In this document: positions 51,422-60,491 of the stretch, one piece after another
How the letters are laid out: each line of letters starts with the position of its first letter
Position numbering within the stretch: position 1 is the stretch's first letter
From: Candidatus Omnitrophota bacterium
GTDB lineage: Bacteria > Omnitrophota > Gorgyraeia > Zapsychrales > JAKLDJ01
Assembly: GCA_022703585.1 (NCBI GenBank)
Contig: JAKLDJ010000001.1
Coordinates: 440,695 to 504,694 of the forward strand
Direction: 5' to 3'
DNA: 64,000 nucleotides
Program-made: the position numbers and the translations under genes
The notes under the pieces: generated by a model
The model's input: only the letters and a program-made list of their open reading frames with translations
Databases searched by the model: none
Told to the model about the DNA's origin: nothing

Positions 51422-53032
51422 ATGAAAAAACTACGAATTATTATTCTTCTCGTCGTGATGGCGGCTATGGTCGCGGTTACCGCCTACGCCCAGACCGAGA
51501 CCATGACGCTGACGACATATTATCCGGCGCCACTGGGATTTTATAGCCAGTTAAGGCTGGTACCGCGTGACGGGGCCGCCTTGGGCCCACCGGTTACATG
51601 CGATAATGCAAGCCGGATTTCTGCCCTGGGCGTGATGTGGCTTGACTCAAGCTTGGGAGTTGATACTCTTAAAATCTGTCAAGACGACGGCACAGGTACG
51701 GGCACTCTTGCCTGGATGTCTGTTGGCAGTGGTGGTGGCGGAAGTCTTTGGGCCAGAACCGGAAGCAATCTTTATCCAACTAACATAGGAGACAATGTTG
51801 GGGTTGGTACTGCTGCGCCGGAACAAAAATTACACATCGAGGGTGCTTTTCCGACACTTCTTATCAAGGGTACCGGAGCTCCGGGCCTTGTTCTTCGCGA
51901 TACTGATGCTGCCGGCGGTAGCTGGCCGTATATAGCCTTCAGCGGAAATGAAGGCGCGGCTATTACTGGCGATGACAGCTCGCAGGAAATATTCGGGTTT
52001 TATAGCGCTTTCACGGATCCCCGTAGCAACGATGCGGAAATTCGTATCCACGGCAAAGGCGCTGGCTGGGGCAACTATTTATCTTTAACTCACGACGGCA
52101 CCGACGGAATTATTTCAACCGATATTGGTAATATTGCCATTAATCCAGAGCGTGGTGCTAGCCCAAAAGGTGTTGCCATTGGTGTACCGGATGCAAGCTT
52201 AAACAACGCTCAGGCTCTTACTATCGGTAACAATGTTAATGCAGTCGATTGGAGAAACAAACTCGGGTACAACAATATCCGCATTGGTGGCGCCGGAGCC
52301 TTGCCGAATAATTGGCCGATGATCATTTTTGATGATGCAAACCAGGCCAATACACTCTGGTCCCTGTCTAATACTGAGCATTCCAACTACAATGATTTTC
52401 TTATAGAAAAAATCGATACCACATCAGGTATTGGTTCTGCTGTTCTGCTATTAGGAGGTGCCAATAGTTTATCAGCGCTGTTTGGGGTGAGCGGTCCCTG
52501 GGGATTATGGGGTCATAAATTCGAAGGACTTCAGTCAGAGGTCCGGATGGACTCTACCCAACTAATGAATACCTCGAACGTCCGCATAGGCAGAATCGGC
52601 AACGTCAATAACGGCAATGGCGCGGTTATATTAGAAACAACGAGAAACGGCGGCCATCAGGTATTAATGAATATTGATGACAATGGAGTCTTGCAGGTCC
52701 AAGGGGCACTTGCGAGCACGTCATCCAGTTCGCAGTCGCTTACGAGTACGTCATTCAGTTCGAGACGGACATACGGCGTTTATATTGTATCCGATGGCGG
52801 TACCGAAGAATGGAAGACTATCGGCGCATGGGATATGTGTTTTCTTGGGACGCATGCGGAAAATCATTCCCTGGTTGGAGGTCAGTGTGATGTTTATAGC
52901 GATCAACTCCCGCCACCCGACAATACGATCTCGTTTAACCCAAATACGCAACCGACTTGGAAAATACATGCTAAGCGGAATGGAAGCAACGGCACAATAG
53001 CTTGTAGGGCAACCTGCGTGAATTTTCGATAA
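51422..53032 (+). CDS. Secreted fibre-like paralog 2 (536 aa): same N-domain, shared middle module with paralog 5, Cys-containing C-terminal knob, no S74 domain.
   Basis: AYA|QTETMTLTTYYPAPLGFYSQLRLVPR... Module LHIEGAFPTLLIKGTGAPGLVLRDTDAAG...AEIRIHGK...YLSLTHDGTDG. C-terminus ...GTIACRATCVNFR. Confidence 0.8.
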   Translation: MKKLRIIILLVVMAAMVAVTAYAQTETMTLTTYYPAPLGFYSQLRLVPRDGAALGPPVTCDNASRISALGVMWLDSSLGVDTLKICQDDGTGTGTLAWMSVGSGGGGSLWARTGSNLYPTNIGDNVGVGTAAPEQKLHIEGAFPTLLIKGTGAPGLVLRDTDAAGGSWPYIAFSGNEGAAITGDDSSQEIFGFYSAFTDPRSNDAEIRIHGKGAGWGNYLSLTHDGTDGIISTDIGNIAINPERGASPKGVAIGVPDASLNNAQALTIGNNVNAVDWRNKLGYNNIRIGGAGALPNNWPMIIFDDANQANTLWSLSNTEHSNYNDFLIEKIDTTSGIGSAVLLLGGANSLSALFGVSGPWGLWGHKFEGLQSEVRMDSTQLMNTSNVRIGRIGNVNNGNGAVILETTRNGGHQVLMNIDDNGVLQVQGALASTSSSSQSLTSTSFSSRRTYGVYIVSDGGTEEWKTIGAWDMCFLGTHAENHSLVGGQCDVYSDQLPPPDNTISFNPNTQPTWKIHAKRNGSNGTIACRATCVNFR

Positions 53033-53048
53033 TATGCCCTGAAGGACG

Positions 53049-54458
53049 GTGAGGATGAGAAAAACCTTTATGATCTTTCTTGGCGCGGTTTTAGCGATGA
53101 CAGCAACCTTTGCCCTCGCCCAAACCGAATCCATGACACTGACAACGTATTACCCTGCGCCACTGGGATTTTATAGCCAGTTAAGGCTGGTACCGCGTGA
53201 CGGGGCCGCCTTGGGCCCACCGGTTACATGCGATAATGCAAGCCGGATTTCTGCCCTGGGCGTGATGTGGCTTGACTCAAGCTTGGGAGTTGATACTCTT
53301 AAAATCTGTCAAGACGATGGCACTGGCACTCTCACCTGGGTCCCTGTTGGCGGCGGCGGTGGCGGTAGCAGTTTTTGGAATAGAACCGGTACTAATCTTT
53401 ATCCAGTCAACATAGACGACAATATCGGCATCGGGACAAATGCCCCGGCTACTAAGTTGCATGTCCAGGGAGTCGGAGACCCGACAGTAACCATCGAAGT
53501 TACGGGTGGCGGCATGGGACGGCCCACGGTTCAATTTCTCGGTAATAACGGCGTTATTGCAGCTGATGTTGGCGGAAAGGTTGCTATTACCAACAGCACT
53601 GCTATTGATGTTCCGTCCGACTTTGATGAAAATCAGGTCCAGGGTCTCACGATTGTAGGCAGAGCGACACCGATCGATGAAAATATGCATTTGACACACT
53701 CGAACGTTCGTATAGGCAGAGGAACCCTGATGAACGGGCCCATGATACTACTGGATAGCACATCGTCTGACCGCACCTGGTTTATAGAGGCAAATAAAGT
53801 GAATGGTTGGAACGGAGGCGCCACAACGTCTGACCTGACCCTTGGTTACCAGATGATTGGCGGCGCTACCTACAATGCCATGCACATCGGCGGGCCGAAT
53901 AGAAGAGCCGTGCTTTTTGGCTGGGACTCGGGCAATCCCGCCAGCCGTTCTTTTAGCGGGGTGCAATCAGAAGTGACTTTTAGTCCGGCAGCAGCGTTGA
54001 TGAATTCGGGCAATGCGCGTATCGGTGTTGTCCGGTCAGGCAGCCGCTCCGGCGGGGCGCTCATTCTGGAAAGTTATGATGCCACAAATCCCGCGCTCCA
54101 CCCCCAATTTCGGATCTATGCGGATGAAATCGGACAACTCAATTTCGGCCCTGCGGGAGCGATCAGCAAATTCGACGGTAACGTTTGGATTACTAATAGT
54201 TTAAATGTTTCTGGGGCGGGGATGGGACAGCAAACAACTCTGCAGAACACGACGGTGAACGGCGAGCTAACTGTTCCGTTCAATCGTTGGGGAACAGACC
54301 CTGGCGCTGGATCAAACGTAGCGATACCATCAAGTTGTGTTAGGGCTGCTAATAGTGCCGAACAAGGTTGTCAATGTCCCGACGGATCTTACATGGTCGG
54401 TTTCTCTATAACTAACGGCACCAATAATGGTTTTTCAATTTACTGCAGGCGACTCTAA
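53049..54458 (+). CDS. Secreted fibre-like paralog 3 (469 aa): same N-domain (about 160 nt nucleotide-identical to paralog 2), divergent body, Cys-containing C-terminal knob.
   Basis: ALA|QTESMTLTTYYPAPLGFYSQLRLVPRDGAALGPPVTCDNASRISALGVMWLDSSLGVDTLKICQDDGTG. C-terminus ...EQGCQCPDGSYMVGFSITNGTNNGFSIYCRRL. Confidence 0.8.
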   Translation: MRMRKTFMIFLGAVLAMTATFALAQTESMTLTTYYPAPLGFYSQLRLVPRDGAALGPPVTCDNASRISALGVMWLDSSLGVDTLKICQDDGTGTLTWVPVGGGGGGSSFWNRTGTNLYPVNIDDNIGIGTNAPATKLHVQGVGDPTVTIEVTGGGMGRPTVQFLGNNGVIAADVGGKVAITNSTAIDVPSDFDENQVQGLTIVGRATPIDENMHLTHSNVRIGRGTLMNGPMILLDSTSSDRTWFIEANKVNGWNGGATTSDLTLGYQMIGGATYNAMHIGGPNRRAVLFGWDSGNPASRSFSGVQSEVTFSPAAALMNSGNARIGVVRSGSRSGGALILESYDATNPALHPQFRIYADEIGQLNFGPAGAISKFDGNVWITNSLNVSGAGMGQQTTLQNTTVNGELTVPFNRWGTDPGAGSNVAIPSSCVRAANSAEQGCQCPDGSYMVGFSITNGTNNGFSIYCRRL

Positions 54459-54476
54459 ACTTTATCGAGGTGACAT

Positions 54477-56459
54477 ATGGTTGGATTAAAATATCTGATT
54501 ATCTTGGCCGTTCTTCTCATAGGAATCCCCGCCCACGCTCAAACCGAATCCATGACTATGACCACCTATTACCCGGCGCCGCTGGGATTTTATAATCAGA
54601 TGCGTTTGGTGCCTCGTATCGCGGCACCCGGCCCATGTGACCTTACCGATGCGACCTCCTCTCCAGGCCTGATGTGGTTTGACCAGGCAATCAATACTCT
54701 TAAAATCTGTCAAGACGATGGCACCGGCGCAGGTAGTATTGCCTGGATGTCTCTTGGCGGCAGCGGTGGAGGTGGCGGTCTTTGGACCAGAACGGGCAAC
54801 AATCTTTATCCAGCCAACATCGGCGACAGGGTCGGCATCGGGACCGACAATCCCGGCGTGACTCTGGATGTGGTGGGGCAAACCGGGATACGCATTAACG
54901 ATAATATTGATAATTGGCCGGCGCGGATCAGAATGGTTGATACAGTGGTCGAGGGAGCCGGAACAAGAGACGATTTGATGATGGAGACGGACGGCGGCTT
55001 ATTTGTTCAACTGGACAATAATAATAACGGGATTTCGGGCATTGTGGGTTTCGGCATTCTGGACGGGCAAAACAACGTGCTGGTGAACGTGCTCGAGGAT
55101 AATGGCAATGTCGGCATCGGGACAGGGATTGACGCCCCTACTGCCAAGTTGCAAGTTAAAGATGGAGTTGTGCTTTTTGACGGCGATATCGGATCGACTC
55201 CCGTCTCCGGCGTCGGAACACGCTTCATGTGGATACCCGAAAAACATGCGTTACGGGCAGGCCACGTGGCTGAGGAACGGCCTTTGGTGTGGGATGATGC
55301 CAACATAGGGATGAATTCATTCGCGGCCGGCCTTAATCCGGAAGCGAGCGGAGCTCAAAGTATAGCGCTTGGTCAGAACGTAACGGCGCAAGGCCAGCGG
55401 TCGGTAGCGCTAAACAGCGGAACCCAGGCGCTGGGCCTGGGCAGTCTTGCGACGGGAGGCGTCACACAAGCCACGGCAGATTGGAGTACGGCAATGGGGT
55501 TCCGCGCAAGAGCCTTGCATGAAAAGTCATTTGCCATTGGCCTAGATGTGGAAGAAAGCGAACAATGCGATACGACAGCAGAGGGGCAACTTATGCTGTG
55601 CGGTGAAGAGGTTGTTCTGGGCAATCTCAGTTTCGACGGTGCCATATTCCGGCAAGGTGCAACGCTGTATGGAAATCAGGCGGCAACGCATGTGAACTTA
55701 GGTACCGCCGGCACAACCGGTGATGAATTTCTAAATAATACCTATTGTACCGTTTCGGGAGGGCGTAGCAATCAGGCAAAAGGAAGCTTTTCGACTGTCG
55801 CGGGAGGTGAGAACAACTACACTCTTTTTAATGCGACCCATGGTACGGTCTCGGGAGGACGGTGGAATTCAGCTCAAGGTGATTATGCGACTTCTCCCGG
55901 AGGCTGGGATAACGATGCTATGGGCCAATATTCGTTTGCAGCCGGACGAGAGGCCAAGGCCGATGATGTGGGGTCTTTTGTCTGGTCCGCCAGCAGCTCA
56001 GGTGCGGAGTGCCATTCCAGCGGTGACTACAGCTTTACGGCCTGTGCGCCGGGAGGGGTTTTCTTGAGGGGGGAAGTTTTTTTGCCGAACATCCATATCG
56101 GTCCGCCGCCCGGTTCGATGTTTCAATATAGCCTGTACATGAATGAGAATTTTCAAGTATGGAGGATGGGATCCTCGAAGCGCTACAAAAAAGACATCAG
56201 TGATTTGGAAATAAATTCTGAGAAAATCTATGGATTGCGTCCGGTGTCGTTTACCTGGATCAGCGGTGGCCAGCGGGATTTTGGCCTTATTGCCGAAGAA
56301 ACAGAAGCTGTTATGCCGGAATTAGTATCGTTTGACAAAGACGGCACTCCCGAGAGCGTGCGTTATGACCAGTTGCCGGTTTTGTTGCTTAACGAAATCA
56401 AGAAACTCAACGAAAGAATAACCGTGCTTGAGCAACGGCTGGAGATATACGAGAAATAA
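54477..56459 (+). CDS. Secreted fibre-like paralog 4 (660 aa): same N-domain, divergent body, C-terminal Peptidase-S74 chaperone domain.
   Basis: AHA|QTESMTMTTYYPAPLGFYNQMRLVPR. C-terminus SSKRYKKDISDLEINSEKIYGLRPVSFTWISGGQRDFGLIAEETEAVMPELVSFD...LEQRLEIYEK. Confidence 0.8.
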   Translation: MVGLKYLIILAVLLIGIPAHAQTESMTMTTYYPAPLGFYNQMRLVPRIAAPGPCDLTDATSSPGLMWFDQAINTLKICQDDGTGAGSIAWMSLGGSGGGGGLWTRTGNNLYPANIGDRVGIGTDNPGVTLDVVGQTGIRINDNIDNWPARIRMVDTVVEGAGTRDDLMMETDGGLFVQLDNNNNGISGIVGFGILDGQNNVLVNVLEDNGNVGIGTGIDAPTAKLQVKDGVVLFDGDIGSTPVSGVGTRFMWIPEKHALRAGHVAEERPLVWDDANIGMNSFAAGLNPEASGAQSIALGQNVTAQGQRSVALNSGTQALGLGSLATGGVTQATADWSTAMGFRARALHEKSFAIGLDVEESEQCDTTAEGQLMLCGEEVVLGNLSFDGAIFRQGATLYGNQAATHVNLGTAGTTGDEFLNNTYCTVSGGRSNQAKGSFSTVAGGENNYTLFNATHGTVSGGRWNSAQGDYATSPGGWDNDAMGQYSFAAGREAKADDVGSFVWSASSSGAECHSSGDYSFTACAPGGVFLRGEVFLPNIHIGPPPGSMFQYSLYMNENFQVWRMGSSKRYKKDISDLEINSEKIYGLRPVSFTWISGGQRDFGLIAEETEAVMPELVSFDKDGTPESVRYDQLPVLLLNEIKKLNERITVLEQRLEIYEK

Positions 56460-56501
56460 CATTGCTAGTGCGATAAGAAAGATTTTAAAAAAGTAAAAAC
56501 C

Positions 56502-58241
56502 ATGAAGAAACTATTTCTCGCCGTTTTAATTTCGACATTGGTGACAACTGTCACTCATGCCCAGACCGAGTCTATGAATCTAACCACCTACTACCCGGCG
56601 CCGATGGGAAATTATAACCAGTTGCGCTTGGTCCCGCGCGGAGGTGCACCGGTAACCTGCAATAACGCCAATCCGGATTCCGCGGGTGTGATGTGGTTTA
56701 ATCAGGCAACCAATAGTTTTCATATCTGTCAAGACGATGGCACAGGTGTTATTACCTGGGTATCTATCGGCGGCGTTGGCGGCGGCAATCTTTGGGCCAG
56801 AACCGGCAATAATCTTTATCCAGCCAACCTAGGCGATAATGTCGGCATCGGAACCCAAACACCGCAACAAAAACTGCATATCGAAGGCGCTTTTCCAATA
56901 CTGCTTATCCGCGGTACCGGAGCCCCGGCCCTTGTCCTTGACGATACCGATGCTGCCGGCAGCCGGCCTTTTATAAAATTCGGCGGAAACAGCCTGGGAG
57001 CTTTCATCGGACAAGACTCCTGGCATCAGACATTTGAATTTTATAGCGACTTTCAGCTTACCCGCGCTCACGACGCGGAAATCCGCGTCCACGGCAAAGC
57101 CCCCGGCGGCAGTTGGGATAGATATTTATCATTAACCCACGACGGGACAGACGGGTACATTGAAACAGATGTCGGCGACATTGTTATTAATCCGAAAGAG
57201 ACGGATGTAGCCATACCCGAGCCGGCATTATCCATTGATGCTGCCTCAAAAAATATAGGAATACGCACCAGCGACGTGACTCCTCAGGCAACTGTTCAAA
57301 TCGGCAATAACCTGGGTTTTGGATGGGCTCCGCATGCCCTGACTGTCGGAGGTGCGGGTTCGGTCGGGGGCTCGGTGGCGGTCGGTGTAAACAGCAGCAA
57401 AATGGGGGTTTTCCAGCATTCTGCCGCAGGCACTTCGACCGACGTTAGCTCTACGGATGACCTGCGCTTAGGGGCAGCCGGTTCTATTTATCAATCTACG
57501 GCAGGATTAAATCGCATGAAAATCGATACCGGCGGTTCTATTGCTATGTATGCGAATGATGGCGCACTAACGGCTTTTCAAATGGCCAGTACAGGGTCAA
57601 TGTTTTTTCAGGGCCCGGCTTCTTTTAGCCAGCCTCTGAGTATCGGCAACAGTATTGACGATGACGTGGATGTTAGCTTGGGAGAGCACAATACTGTTTG
57701 TTGGGATTCGAAATGTATTCGCGGGATCAATTCGCCCGGCGGCAGCTGGCTTCAGTTCGGGCACTTTGTTTCCGGGGCATGGGATACCGTAATGTCTTTG
57801 GCGACTGCGCCGTCTACAGGATTGGGTATTAGCGGCTCTTTGAATATATCGGGCACAGCCACTAAACCGGGCGGCGGGCCCTGGAGCGCTTCTTCTGATG
57901 CCCGTCTTAAAAAGAATATTGCGTCGATCGATAATGCACTTGACACCATGCTTTCTCTTCGCGGAGTTACCTTTGAGTGGAGAGAACCGGAAAAGCAAGG
58001 CAATCTGACCGGGCCGCAGATGGGCCTGATTGCCCAAGAAGCAGAAAAGGTGTTTCCTCAGTGGGTGACGACCGGAGAAGACGGTTATAAGATTTTGTCG
58101 ATCCGGGGATTCGAAGCCCTCGCCATCGAGGCCATGCGCGACATGAAAAAAGAGATCGATCAGCTAAAACAGGAAAATCAAGAGTTGCGCCGGGAACTTG
58201 ATACGCTTAAGAAAGTTCCCGACGGAGATTCTCCTATTTAG
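56502..58241 (+). CDS. Secreted fibre-like paralog 5 (579 aa): same N-domain, paralog-2-type middle module, C-terminal Peptidase-S74 chaperone domain.
   Basis: THA|QTESMNLTTYYPAPMGNYNQLRLVPR. Module LHIEGAFPILLIRGTGAPALVLDDTDAAG...AEIRVHGK...YLSLTHDGTDG. C-terminus SSDARLKKNIASIDNALDTMLSLRGVTFEWRE...GLIAQEAEKVFPQWV...coiled coil. Confidence 0.8.
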   Translation: MKKLFLAVLISTLVTTVTHAQTESMNLTTYYPAPMGNYNQLRLVPRGGAPVTCNNANPDSAGVMWFNQATNSFHICQDDGTGVITWVSIGGVGGGNLWARTGNNLYPANLGDNVGIGTQTPQQKLHIEGAFPILLIRGTGAPALVLDDTDAAGSRPFIKFGGNSLGAFIGQDSWHQTFEFYSDFQLTRAHDAEIRVHGKAPGGSWDRYLSLTHDGTDGYIETDVGDIVINPKETDVAIPEPALSIDAASKNIGIRTSDVTPQATVQIGNNLGFGWAPHALTVGGAGSVGGSVAVGVNSSKMGVFQHSAAGTSTDVSSTDDLRLGAAGSIYQSTAGLNRMKIDTGGSIAMYANDGALTAFQMASTGSMFFQGPASFSQPLSIGNSIDDDVDVSLGEHNTVCWDSKCIRGINSPGGSWLQFGHFVSGAWDTVMSLATAPSTGLGISGSLNISGTATKPGGGPWSASSDARLKKNIASIDNALDTMLSLRGVTFEWREPEKQGNLTGPQMGLIAQEAEKVFPQWVTTGEDGYKILSIRGFEALAIEAMRDMKKEIDQLKQENQELRRELDTLKKVPDGDSPI

Positions 58242-58252
58242 TTTCTTGCCAA

Positions 58253-58282
58253 AACTCTTCGCAGGCGAGAGATTTTTTTGTT
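58253..58282 (+). terminator. Intrinsic terminator after the paralog array.
   Basis: ctcttcgc-agg-cgagag followed by attttttt. Confidence 0.45.
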
Positions 58283-58451
58283 TTATTTGAATATTTTCCT
58301 TGCATTCTGCTTTCAGCCGCCCCCGCGAGAGGCTGTGGCTCTTATTGCGTGCCACCGCGCACTCTTTCCATAAAATATTTCCTTTTCAATTCCCCTTCGA
58401 TACGCTAATATAGAATGTCACTTTCTTCTTGATCCAAAAAATAATTTTAAA

Positions 58452-60491
58452 ATGAAATTATCCTATAACTGGCTTAAAAATTATATCGCGGTCAACGTGA
58501 ACGCCGAAACCCTAGCCCACAAACTCACCATGGCGGGCTTGGAGGTTAAGGCGATTGACACGGTTGACAGCGACAGCGTATTTGAAATAGAAATCACGCC
58601 TAACCGTCCGGATTGCTTAAGCGTCCTGGGCATTGCCCGTGAGGCGTCGGCGATTTTTAATAAGCCTCTCAAGATCCCCGCTGTTAAGAACTTAAAACTT
58701 CCCAAACAAAAATGTGACCTGGCGATCCTGGATAAAAAGGATTGTTTGCGCTATATCGGCTGTCTCATAAATAATGTTTCGGTCAGGCAATCCCCTGAAT
58801 GGATCAAAAAACCTTTAACCGCCGTAGAACTGCGCACCATTAACAACGTTGTCGATATTACGAATTTTGGCCTTATGGAAACCGGCCAGCCCATGCACGC
58901 CTTTGACTTTGACAAGTTAGCCGGGGGAAAGATTATTGTCCGCCGCGCCAAGGAGGGCGAAAAAATCATTACCATCGATGGTATTGAGAGAAAACTTGAT
59001 CCCTCGATTTTGGTTATTGCCGACGAGAAAAAGACAGTGGCCATTGCCGGTATCATGGGCGGGAAGGAAACCGAGGTTACCGAATCGACAAAAAATATTC
59101 TGTTGGAAAGTGCCTACTTTGAACCGATTTTGATAAGGCGCGCCGGGCGTAAGCTGGGCTTGAGCACGGACGCGTCGTATCGTTTTGAGCGCGGGGTTGA
59201 CATGGAGGGGGTTGAGCAGGGTGCCCGGCGCGCCACTGCGCTTATCTGCCAAGAAGCGGGCGGCAGCATTCAGGGGTATTTTGATTTATATCCCGGTAAA
59301 CGAAAAGATGTAAAACGCCAAACCAGCATTACCAAAAATCAAATTGACGAATTTTTAGGTGCCCCCATTTCGCTTGAGCGGGGCAAGGCTATTTTAAACA
59401 GGCTCGGGTTTAAAACCGCCAACGGCGCCAAAGGTGCGTTAAAGATTTCTATTCCCCCTTTTAGAAACGATGTCAAAGGCGATGTCGATATCATCGAGGA
59501 GATTGCCCGGGTCGTGGGTTATGATAATTTGCCCGTGACCTTGCCCGAGGTAAAATTTTCTAATGTGGCTGTGAATCCGAATCGGATTCTAAGAAAGAGG
59601 GTAACGGACAGCCTTCTGGCCTTAGGGCTTAACGAAGCCGTCAGCTATTCGATGACCAGCCGAAAGAATATTGAGGCCGCAAAGCTTGACTCTGCGCTTG
59701 CCGTCAAAGTCAAAAACCCCTTAACCCTCGAGCAGGAATGTTTAAGATTTTCGATGCTGCCCAGCTTATTGGAACTGATATCGATTAATCTCAACCGCGG
59801 GCAGAGGGATATAAAATTCTTCGAGGCCGGAAAAACCTATTTTACCGACGGAGAGAAAGAAACCTTGGGGATTATCATGTCGGGGCACCTATCGGTCGAC
59901 TGGCGAAAAGGCATCAAGGCCGAGGCAGATTTTTATGACATCAAGGGCGTGATTGAAAATACCCTCGAAAAAATCGGCGTTACACCTGTTGAATGGGTAC
60001 CGAACAAGTCTCCCGTATTCGAACCGGGGCAGGGTGCCGAGATTATTTTAAATGGCGAGGCTGTCGGCGCCTTAGGGGCAATAGCCGCCGAGATTTTGCA
60101 CCGGTGGGACATAAAGCAAAAGGGTATTTTGTTTGCCGAACTTGATTTGGAAACAATATATGCCCAGGCGGCTAAAAAAACCGCCGGACGAAAATACTGC
60201 CCCCTGCCGACTTTTCCGGCGGTGGTACGAGATTTAAGCCTGGCTATTAAAAGCGAAGTCAGTTTTCAACAGGTCCGCGAAACAATCCAAAAGACCGCCG
60301 GAGACCTTTTAGCCTCGGTTAAATTAATAGAACAGTATTTAGGCGAAAAAATTCCGCCGGGTCAGCGCGGATTAGTCCTTTCCTTGACTTATCAATCCTC
60401 GGCACGGACGCTGCGCGAAGATGAAGTGAATCAAGCTCACGAGAAAATCTGCAAAGCCCTGATTGACACCTTCGGCGCTGTCCGACGATAA
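58452..60491 (+). CDS. pheT: Phenylalanine--tRNA ligase beta subunit (short form lacking the EMAP-like tRNA-binding insert).
   Basis: MKLSYNWLKNYI... B1 N-terminus, B3/4 and B5 domains, C-terminal anticodon-binding. 679 aa. Confidence 0.95.
   Translation: MKLSYNWLKNYIAVNVNAETLAHKLTMAGLEVKAIDTVDSDSVFEIEITPNRPDCLSVLGIAREASAIFNKPLKIPAVKNLKLPKQKCDLAILDKKDCLRYIGCLINNVSVRQSPEWIKKPLTAVELRTINNVVDITNFGLMETGQPMHAFDFDKLAGGKIIVRRAKEGEKIITIDGIERKLDPSILVIADEKKTVAIAGIMGGKETEVTESTKNILLESAYFEPILIRRAGRKLGLSTDASYRFERGVDMEGVEQGARRATALICQEAGGSIQGYFDLYPGKRKDVKRQTSITKNQIDEFLGAPISLERGKAILNRLGFKTANGAKGALKISIPPFRNDVKGDVDIIEEIARVVGYDNLPVTLPEVKFSNVAVNPNRILRKRVTDSLLALGLNEAVSYSMTSRKNIEAAKLDSALAVKVKNPLTLEQECLRFSMLPSLLELISINLNRGQRDIKFFEAGKTYFTDGEKETLGIIMSGHLSVDWRKGIKAEADFYDIKGVIENTLEKIGVTPVEWVPNKSPVFEPGQGAEIILNGEAVGALGAIAAEILHRWDIKQKGILFAELDLETIYAQAAKKTAGRKYCPLPTFPAVVRDLSLAIKSEVSFQQVRETIQKTAGDLLASVKLIEQYLGEKIPPGQRGLVLSLTYQSSARTLREDEVNQAHEKICKALIDTFGAVRR

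Noticed and set aside
49740-57000. Possible CRISPR-like or tandem DNA repeats from the recurring ggcggcgg / ggtggcgg runs
   Set aside because: These are in-frame Gly codons inside the fibre genes, not direct repeats with spacers. There are no cas genes in the window.
49037-58451. Diversity-generating retroelement or prophage explanation for the variable fibre array
   Set aside because: No reverse transcriptase, template repeat, integrase or phage structural genes in the window. The proteins carry Sec signal peptides, which is incompatible with cytoplasmic phage assembly. A DGR elsewhere in the genome cannot be excluded.
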